64,000 bases of DNA from Balanoglossus misakiensis (Eukaryota > Animalia > Hemichordata). The notes beneath the pieces were generated by a model. It worked only from the letters and a program-made list of their open reading frames with translations, had not been told where the DNA came from and did no database searches. The stretch is taken from positions 5,562,831 through 5,626,830 of the forward strand of contig CM082578.2 in assembly GCA_040954595.2 (NCBI GenBank), read 5' to 3'. Position 1 is the first letter of the stretch. Each line of letters starts with the position of its first letter. A program made the translations under genes and the position numbers. This document shows, piece by piece, positions 38,601 to 64,000 of this stretch.

Positions 38601-40852
38601 CACATTCACGTTGAATTTTTACATTCGGTGTTACGACAAGCGATGTTGAGTGACATGACAAAAGTTAACCTCTGACATAATACCCACCCACAAAAAAAGC
38701 TCACTTGTTGCATACTGTACGGAAACAAGTATGGGTGCAGTAGGCAAAACAGCGCCCACTAAGGAACCCCTTTCACTCCTTTTGTTTATAGGAGTAGCAT
38801 AGCGTCTATTGGTTTTCTGTTGTCAGTACAAGGTCATGAACTAAAGAGCTGCCAATTCCCTGCGAGCTGTGAGTCGAGCTGTTTGGGAACACAGCCATGG
38901 GATAGGATGTTCGCCACGAGGGAAATTTGAAAAGCAATCCGAATGGGCCCTCAACGTTCGCCGGGGGGATTTCAGCTGGATACTGCCGCGGAAGGTCGGA
39001 TTGTTTGCAAAAGCCATGATCGCTGTAGCCCAGAAGCTGTGTTAGTGAGTTCGTCGGTCTTTTAAAATGAGGGAATATTGACTAAAATAATATGGCCTCA
39101 CTTTCGTTTGTTAACCACCCCTTCCATTATTTCTCATGCCGGAAAGCAGAAATTGAAGACAAATTGTATTGGACTCGGAATAGAATTGGGTCAGACACAA
39201 GACGGTTTATTTTTAAGAAGTTTCGTATGCAATTTACGATACATGGTAGTGGCATTAAGGTGTTACGTACCGCGAAAGAACAGGTCGTCTGATCTTGTTG
39301 AAATTAATTCTGATGTTATTTAATCTATGAAATAAAAATGAGGGGTCAACCGACTAGATTTTTTGGGGAAAAAAACGCCCTCTATCCTGCACCTCTTTGA
39401 GCTTTTGCTAGTCTTCGTAGAGCTTTGTTAAACGGCTTCATAAAGAAGTATTTTTGAAAGGTCGTCATATTTTTTTCACCATTATAAAATCTAAATTTAA
39501 CCAATATTTTATTTTTAGCAATTTTGAAATTTCATCGTGTTCAGTATGATAATCGCATATCAATTTAACTGTTAAATTAAACACAGAATCGCCCAAAAAT
39601 CCACTTTTACATGATTTTTTTTACCGTGACAACCTCCAGACTTAAACTTGGTAGATGCCTTGTTTAAAATCAATTGAAGGAAAACATATGGGGTCACCGC
39701 GCAAATTGTTGAGACTCAAAAGGTTAAACATGGCTTTCGGGCGTCTATAACAACACAGGATAGGCCGCAAAAGAGTTCGGTTGCTATAGCAACTAACAGT
39801 ATTGCAAACGCGCGAAAATTTCAGCCTCAGATTTAATAAATACATCGTGTGTTTAAAAATAACCTCATCACAGCACTACTCTACAACTTTGTTTAGAAAA
39901 CACTAGAAATATATTTTACACTCTGCGCAGAATCCTGCGTAAACAACTAAAATGATCGAGGCGCGTTATTTCTTTAGTGAAACATTTTGCCAGGGAGACC
40001 ATTTTTGGTTCGCACTGAACATTCATCGCTGATGTGGTTGTTGTCATTTACGAATTCGGAGGGGCAGCTAGCTGGCTGGCTGGTTGGAAGGGTTAGGGTT
40101 GTTTGATTCAGAGTGTAGCGCAGAGCTAGTAAACGACATACGAATGTTGATGCCCTGAGCCATATATCAATGTAGTCACGTAAATTGCATGGACGTGGTA
40201 AATATCATGAGGTCAGTAATCGGAGAGGTCACCCCGTTGATAAGGATTTGATCCGTGGTTGTTTGGAGAGCCCAGACTCAGGTTGCGTTCAGCTCAGGTC
40301 AGTGAAGTTTCAAGGTGACGGTGCACAGGCACTGTGTATGTATTGTCACGGGAGACCAAAGACAAGTTCAGCTCTCATGAAAGCCCCTGCAGGGAAGTTG
40401 CCTAAATGCATGCTTATACTGGCCACTGTTCCTTGTGCAACCCTGACCCATGGGGGAGATACGACCTCAACAGTTTAACGATCCAAACATACGGGTAATA
40501 AAAATTAAAAGTAATGAAGTCTGTCGACGCAGGCTTTAACATGTTTAAGTGCATGCATGCCCTGTAATTTGGGGCACCGTCTGCTCGAGCCCAGTTGTGC
40601 ATGCGCAATGTAGTTCAGTACATGTTGCATGAAAGTACTGAAAGGAAAGGTGCGCGATGGCTGCAGTTGATTCTGTCGAAGGTGTAATTGTATTGTTACC
40701 CAGTTACTAACAGTGATCCATGATCCCAAGTAAGGGTTCACTCTTGAATGACCCAGACTCTTGCAAAATTCAGGTTAGGTTATTATAATTTGTTTGGTGT
40801 GAGTGTTTGGTATAAATTAGTGGTGTACACAGTTTATACTGAATTTAATTTA

Positions 40853-40995
40853 AGCAATAACTACCGCCGAGTGCGGGTATACCACGATATATATTACAAT
40901 TTACGACATATACGCACGAGCCGCAGGCGAATTCATATATGGAGTGAATTGTGCTATATCGAGTGGTATACCCACCCTCCGCGGGGATATTGCTA
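40853..40995. repeat. Imperfect ~140-bp palindrome (hairpin MITE-like)
   Basis: Left arm agcaata..ccgccgagtgcgggtataccacgatata..acaatt pairs with right arm aattgtgctatatcgagtggtatacccaccctccgcggggatattgct. Confidence 0.6.
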
Positions 40996-41320
40996 TATTT
41001 TATCACCTTCATTTTGTTACTTTCTAGAAATTGAAATTAGTAAGAATGCGCCACACTCAAAGAAAGGCGTTTCCTTGATACAGTGGTTAATTGAAATGAA
41101 ATAACTGTCATGTCACATTGTCAAACGAATGTTATTTTGAAGTGACAGAAATGTTTTTCCCCGCAATATAAATCTTGCCTTCCCTGTTGTTTGATTACGC
41201 TTTTAACTTATATAGGCCCTATTCATAACCATACATTATGCTATATTTAATCATGGCTTGCATACAGGTCAGTGTTTGTCAAAACGGTGCAAAATTTGAT
41301 TGCTGTCATGAAATGATTAA

Positions 41321-41390
41321 AGATATACGGTCACCTACGTACATTTAGCTAAAGATACCATGGCAAATTGAGATCTGGCCAATCACAGAC
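41321..41390. mobile_element. Partial copy of the 47519-47690 TTAA MITE
   Basis: TTAA|agatatacggtcacctac..catggcaaattgagatctggccaatcacaga matches the reverse complement of 47620-47690. Confidence 0.75.
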
Positions 41391-42061
41391 ACACAGACAC
41401 AGGCAGACAGACATATAGACACAGACAGACAGGCAGATAAAAAAAGATGGATAAGATAGACAAACAGACAAATATGTACACAATTAACTCAAGGCTAGGT
41501 CTAGCCAGTGTACAACAGGATTAAACTCAATGTTCGATAGAGGTCACACTGGGAACAAAGGTCAATCTGTTTTAGTTCATTGGGAACTAAAATATTATTA
41601 CATGTACTACATAAACAGACCATATAATGCACCGAATCCAAAAGATAGCACAACAACAATTACCACGATGACAACAACAATAATTAATAAAAATGATATA
41701 AAATAATAATCCGGATAATAATACGTCTGATGTCAACGAAAAGTTCGCTATAGGGCTATCTTGGCACAGAAAGAATAAAAACGATGTCCGATCCGTTTTG
41801 TATTGATAGAACACAAACAGATTTTTTATTATTTACTTTGATATGTTGGCACCTCACTTCCAATAAGAGTGCCAAACCCCTTCACGTGGGTTGTACAAAA
41901 CACTTGAACCAATTGTTGACCTTCCCCTTACCCCGCATAGGTAATGCTGACCTTATTCCAATAGTCCAGGTCAATTCTGCAGTGTACCGCTCGTTGCCAA
42001 ACGCTGTGACTCGTCACGAAGACGCAGAGAACAACTGTCGATCATCAGCGTTGGCGGGAAG

Positions 42062-58054
<15,993 letters not shown>

Positions 58055-58264
58055 CGACAATGAACAATGTTTTGGTGTGTGATGTATTCTCAATAGTCGC
58101 GTTATAGTTATGTTCTCAACTGTTACCAATTTCGCATGTTGAGAATAGTGCTTGATTATCTGCCATGGAATCGGAGCAGGCTAGAAGTGAACAAATTTGA
58201 ATGAAATTTTGGGGGTCCACAAAAATATAACAGTCTTTTAGGGGGGCTATGAAAATAAACATTA

Positions 58265-59240
58265 GGGACCGTTCAGTTTATACGGCGGGGGGGGGGGGCG
58301 GCAAGTTTGTGTCATCGGTTCTCAGAATCAGGCCGACCCCCCCTTCACCCAGGACCAAAAAATTATGACCCCCCCCCCTTTGACAGACCCAAAAATATGA
58401 TGACCCCCCCCACGCCCAAAACATTCGCCGTCCTGATCCTATGTACACTGTATGCAATAAAGGGAATGAGGCTCCTCACACCTCAATTATATATTTCTTA
58501 AAGTATTATTGAAGTATATAATAGTATATCGTTGCAATAAAGAAATCTATGAACAAATCAAAATGACAAGTCAATACAATAGTTGCTAGAATCGGTAAAA
58601 CAAGAAAAGTGGCGGGGGTGGGACACCCCCTCCCACATAAGAAAATTTTGTCAAATACGGTGCTCAAAGTTGCAATTTAATGAACTCAAAAGCAAATTAA
58701 CTCAATGTTAGGGAGGACAAATTTTAATTTTGCCACTCCACTCAAAGTAAGCATCGGGGGTCGGGTGGCAAGAAGTCTTCCCTGGTACACTAGACAAACC
58801 AATGAATAAATGCAATGTGGCGAAGAATTAAGGGGGTGGGTGTGGGAGGGGGTGTCCTTTATAAAACTTCTAGTATATAGAAGATGCAGCGCGAAACTAT
58901 CAGTTATGCACAATTATTCTCCTTTATGTATTCACTTTGTTAAATATTATCATCGGTGGGGTTGGGGTGGCAAGCACTGTGCCCTGGTACACTAGACAAA
59001 CCAACAAAAAATGAAATGTGGCGGAGAATGAATGGGGTGGGTGTGGGAGGAGGTGTATTTTGTAAAATAAAGGGTGCGAAACTGCAATTTTGTGGACTCA
59101 AAAGCAAAAGTTCGGTGGCAAAAGTATGTGACCCCCCCTAAACGTTTAAAAAACCCAGATGACCCCCCCTTGTGGACTTCAAAATTTAAGTGACCCCCCT
59201 GGATTTTGCCGCCCCCCGGCCGTAAAAACTGAACGGTCCC
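58265..59240. mobile_element. PIF/Harbinger-type MITE, copy B (complete, 976 bp)
   Basis: TTA|GGGACCGTTCAGTTTATACGGC ... GCCGTAAAAACTGAACGGTCCC|TTA: TIRs starting GGG and a 3-bp TTA TSD; no ORF. Confidence 0.9.
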
Positions 59241-60881
59241 TTATTCATTCTCAATGTGATGTGTCCTTGCAAAGTGAATGTGCAGGATTTTTTTAGTGTC
59301 ACTATCGAAAACAATTTCTTTCACTGTCTCTATTATTTTCAAGAATTCCTATAATACTCTCATCAGAAGTCCATATTGTCAGTTTATGACCAATCTGTGA
59401 TTACCGTTGAAAGTTCTTGAGGAGTCGTTTTTCTCCAATTAAATTTCCCCTTGCCATGTAAATACTGGATTTTTGACTTATGGATACTGGCTATGATTGC
59501 AATTACTGTCTGGTGTAGCTTGAATATGTGTAGTTTTTATTTGAAGTGTTTTCCCTCTTAGTTTACTCTCTTTTGGCAATTGATGTTCATCAAGATTTAT
59601 CAACTGTAACTGATCCCTTGTGTTGGGATTGATGATGTAATGCAATGCAATCGCAATAGCTGTCATTCTAGTTAAGATGTGATGCTAATACGAAGTGACA
59701 TGAGAACTCTTGGATGGATATGATTGGAGGGAGGACAAAGGGAAAAAAACATAAATTCTCATGGGCCTATCAATTTTGTCATAATTTGTGTTTGGGGGCA
59801 TGAGAAAAAAATCGCAAGAAAGTGGAAAATCTTCCGCCCCACCCCCTGGAAGTAAAATGTGAACACTCCCTAAGGTGATATAAAATTTCCCTGTCATTTC
59901 GTGTAGTAAGTGCCACTTTCCCATGTTGCACTTTGCATTCATGTTATTTTAGCTCTTGTTAGCTTATGCTCCGATAAAACGCGTTCTTATGAACTAGCAC
60001 CTTTTTCGTTGTTTTGTCCATACCCTTTGGTATCCTAAGGGTGGCCCATTACATGTGTACGTGTATCGACGATCCTCGATTCTGATATGATTCTGGTGCT
60101 GATATGATTCAGGTTCAATATCATTAATAGCTAGAAAGATACATGTCGACCTTGACCTTGTAAATTCAGATAACATATATCTGTATGAGTGTGAAGTTAC
60201 TATCAGGCCATCAAAGATATAAACTGTAGTATAATGCGATTGTACACTATATTTTGTGCGAACCAGGGAGCTACATGTAATTCACTGACATGGTCGAAAG
60301 TGTCAAACTATATTGAAAATGCTACTCCCATAGCCGTTCATGTTCCACACTGGCAACCAATGACCGCCGTGTCATCATGACATAGCGGCACCTGTAAAGG
60401 TTAACATTTAACCTTTAATTTGACCCCAACCGCTGAACGATTTGTATATTATCTGCTTTAAAATCGTCATGGAAGCTTTCGATTTTTTTTCTTATTTTAA
60501 TGTTGTCTGAAATAATAAAATAAGCATACAAAGTAACCAGGCTAGGTTCTGTGTTGTGGATTTGGTTTATTTGTGCATGAAACGCGATAACATGAAACTG
60601 AACAAACAAAACGACACATCGGACAGATAATCATTATATGCGTTAATATTTCACGAAGATAACAAGGCTAAACATCTAGGGTTACAAAGTGCGATTATTT
60701 GACCCGAGTCGCCCTTCTGTCGGGACATCGACCAGGCTCCAATAGTCCGTCTGCCTGGTGTGGGGTGGACTGAAGAATGAAAACCCCAAAATAATATTCA
60801 GTCGACCACCGCAGGTGTCCTGAACTGTTGGGTAAGCGCCTGGCTTCTGCAATCGTTTTTGTCACCAACAACGTTGGCAAG

Positions 60882-63800
60882 ATGGCGGATGGAGAGGGCA
60901 CTATGCAGTGGTTCTGTGGAGCAGATTCGACTGAGTTTATCGATTTCAAATGGGACCTTGAGAGTACATTGTACAACTCGTGCTTCGTTGACTTGGTGGA
61001 GGCATGCGTTCACACATTTTTCTTGATAATTTCAACCGCCATCCTGGTCATCCTCGGCTGCTGTACCGCTCTACGTCATTTCCGCTCTAAAACGCTCCTC
61101 GTGTACACGGGCCACGATGTGAGGTACGTCACGTTCATGTGTGCTCTTGTAGTTCTTCTTGGGTGGGTAGGGGAAGGAGTGCTGACCGACCTGACCCGGA
61201 ACGAGACGACACAGCCCCACCTGTACATACCGCCGTCGCTGGCCCTGATAAGTGGTGTAATGTCCATCGTGTATTATTACTATGCCGAATATTGGAGTCG
61301 GCCAAAACTAGCGTTTTTACTGGTCCTGTACTGGATACTTGCCATTGGGAGTAAGATCATAGTGTTAGTTAACCTCGCGCACGATGACGCAACCGGCATC
61401 GAAATTCTGAGATTCGATGTCACTATACTCCTACTCGTCGCATATTGTTTATTCGTTGTGGTCGAACTTAATCTACTGAGAACCAAGGTAAGTGTTTCAA
61501 GTTCAGTGAAAATATCCTTCCTTAATTGTAATGTTGTTGGTTATTTTTTATTTAATTGCACAAATTCGACTCACTTATACACTCTCCAGTACCTACACAC
61601 CACATTCGACATGTCGTTGCAATGCATCCATCACTATAAATTCATGTAATTCTATCTCTTAAGTGAGACACGCCCTGAACAATTTGACGAAAGGGAAAGT
61701 GCATCAAGGGCCAGTATACGTAATACTTAAATATTATCCAAGTAACTTTTACTGCATGTAAACTAGAACATTGTTGGTATAATGCACACTACCTGTCTAC
61801 GACTAATTCTGTCGTGTCCTGATGAATGATCAGAAAGGCACACCCTGCAGTGCCTATATCGAAGCTTCTCGTTTTATTCTCCAGGTTTTTGGATGTCTGT
61901 ACAGCGAAGACGAAATGTCGGGGGATTTCCATAAGGCAGATTTGACTTTCGTCCACGACTACACCAGTTTGTTGAGCAGGATCACTTTCCATTGGGTGAA
62001 TTGGCTACTGGTGCGTGGTTATAAGCGCCCTCTGGATATGGAGGACCTTGGTTCGATGTCCGACACACACGGAGCCAAACAACAGTATGATCTCTTCCTG
62101 CGTGCGTATGGGAAAGAAAAGGTACATGCATGCATGCATGATATCGTCTGCGAAGATGGCAATAGTTAGGATAGAAATGCATTAAATCAGGGTGACGTTT
62201 GTTCGTGGCAAACATGTTTTATTTGGCCAGAGGTCACACGTCATGTGGTGAAAAGCGTTGTGATTCCAGTATTTCCTCGGTCGACTTTCAATGTATATGG
62301 AAAATGTCAATTCTGAAATCTGTGTTCCGAAAGATACATTTCTAGGAAGTTTTCGTCATGAACCTTGACATCTGAAGGTCAGCTTATATTGATATGGTAT
62401 GCACACATTCAAATTGTGCTAATACTCCAAGGCAAACGACGTATTGCATACTACATGTATACTTTGAAATGGTCCCTTTGTTGTAGTTGGCAAACAACTG
62501 AAAGTATGTTGTCGATGAGTTATACTTCCAAACGCACATCTGAAATAGACAGCTCCTCTGATTCTTTATTTCAGAAACGGGCTAAAGAGAAGAATGCTAC
62601 TCCATCCCTGTGGAGAACACAGGCCACTGCTTATGGGGGCCAAGTCTTCCACGCAGGAGCATTGCTGCTACTGAGCATGCTCCTGGGATTTGTCGCTCCA
62701 ATGGGGATAGGAGTCGTCATAAACTACGCCACAAATTTGTATTTCGGATCGGAAGGAGAGATTGAAGAAAACGTAAGTTGTCGTATTTATAATCCAAGCA
62801 CAATTAAGCCCAAGAAGCGAAATTATTACCAGGAAACTGATCCCTCTATACAACGCAAGTCACTTTGAATATTTGTAAACTGTACAAGATGAAGCGTGTA
62901 AGGTAATTTTAAGCGTTTGAAGAAGAATATCTTTCTTTGATACAAACGCGTACACTCGATAAGAAGATAAATCAATTGTTGCACACACATACATGTACCG
63001 AGCGAAAGTACTGAGGGACACTAGCTGTATCGTATGGTCATGTGGAAACATTTATTTATTACAATAACTTCAATTCTCTTCGGAAGTCGATTCCGTTTTC
63101 TATACTAAACGCCCCAATTTTCCATAACATACTATGCGTAACAACCAGTTTAATTTGTTGACGAGAAATGAAACACGGACTTGAATTCAGTTGTCAATAA
63201 TAACAGTGCCCACAGTTGACACAACAGGTGTTTTGTGACTTAATACATTAAAATAAATACGGCGAAAAATGTCAAAAGTTACAGCAGTGAAGTTTTAATT
63301 AACTGCCATGCACAAAATGTCATCATTTTCTTTTTTTCACAGTTGTCTCAGTACGTGACGGTTTACGAATACTTCAGTAATGGTTTCGTCATGATAGTGG
63401 TCATGGTCATAAGTCTTGTCTTCAAATCATTCGCCTTCCAGTATTCTAACTTCCTCATGTTCATTGAGAGTGTACATTTTCGAACAGCTCTTCAGGTAAC
63501 TTTTCATTTGTTCCACGCTGACGCAACACTGTAGACTCTATGCAGAGATCATACAAAAGGAAGGCAACAACGACTGTGGGCGCAAAGCCCCATTTGGTTT
63601 CAAATGAGTACATTCTGAAGGATGCACATTGAGCTTGTATACTGCCCCTGGAACTTTCTACAACATGTAATTAGGGGCACAACACAGATAATGGCTGACG
63701 AAATAGACGGAGAAACAGTTGCAGACAGTTTGGCTTAGAAGAGTCCTAGAGTGTAGTGTAGTGTCGTGTAGTGTAGTGTAGTGTAGTGTAGTGTAATGGA

Positions 63801-64000
63801 GATTTTATCGAGATCTCAGAGTTTATGTATGTTCCCCTATGCACAACTGAGTTTCTGTCTGCAAACATAACTTACACATGAGGATACTTTAAGTAAATAA
63901 CAACTTTCGCTTTACAAATTTGTTTTCCGTTGGTCTCAGTGTCACGTGTATGAAAAGTCGATACGATTGGCCAGCTGGACGATTACGGGTGGCGAGAGCA
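60882..64000 (+). CDS. ABCC9-like: Second tandem SUR/ABCC8-9-like transporter, 5' part (runs off the window)
   Basis: Exons 60882-61487, 61885-62121, 62575-62772, 63343-63495, 63940->64000, with the same intron positions as the upstream paralogue. MADGEGTMQWFCG..SCFVDLVEACVH..PHLYIPPSLALISGVMS..VELNLLRTK. Confidence 0.93.
63750..63795. repeat. (GTGTA)n microsatellite
   Basis: Directly visible. Confidence 0.9.

Noticed and set aside
59740-59873. Right end of another Harbinger-like MITE (..gtgaacactccc|taa)
   Set aside because: No matching left TIR found, so the element cannot be delimited.

Overview
AT-rich, intron-rich eukaryotic DNA. The gene content and frequent TACATGTA/microsatellites suggest a marine invertebrate deuterostome such as a hemichordate (inference only). 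Four spliced + strand genes were reconstructed by hand from GT-AG sites and reading phase: (1) 1037-4534, signal peptide + 3 EGF + Cys mini-module + Ly6/uPAR (three-finger) domain + GPI signal; (2) 16040-~25450, a type II membrane protein with five exon-encoded ~135-aa 4-Cys repeats I cannot assign to a named family, then a PAN/Apple domain and a frameshifted hevein-like exon; (3) 42062-58054, a complete 29-exon SUR/ABCC8-9-like ABC transporter (~1578 aa); (4) 60882->64000, the start of a tandem paralogue. Also present: a decayed L1/Tx1-like LINE (27431-32088, minus) interrupted by a nested CR1/L2-type 3' fragment, PIF/Harbinger-type and TTAA (Kolobok-like) MITEs, many microsatellites and possible decayed minus-strand exons. 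No rRNA, tRNA or CRISPR seen.
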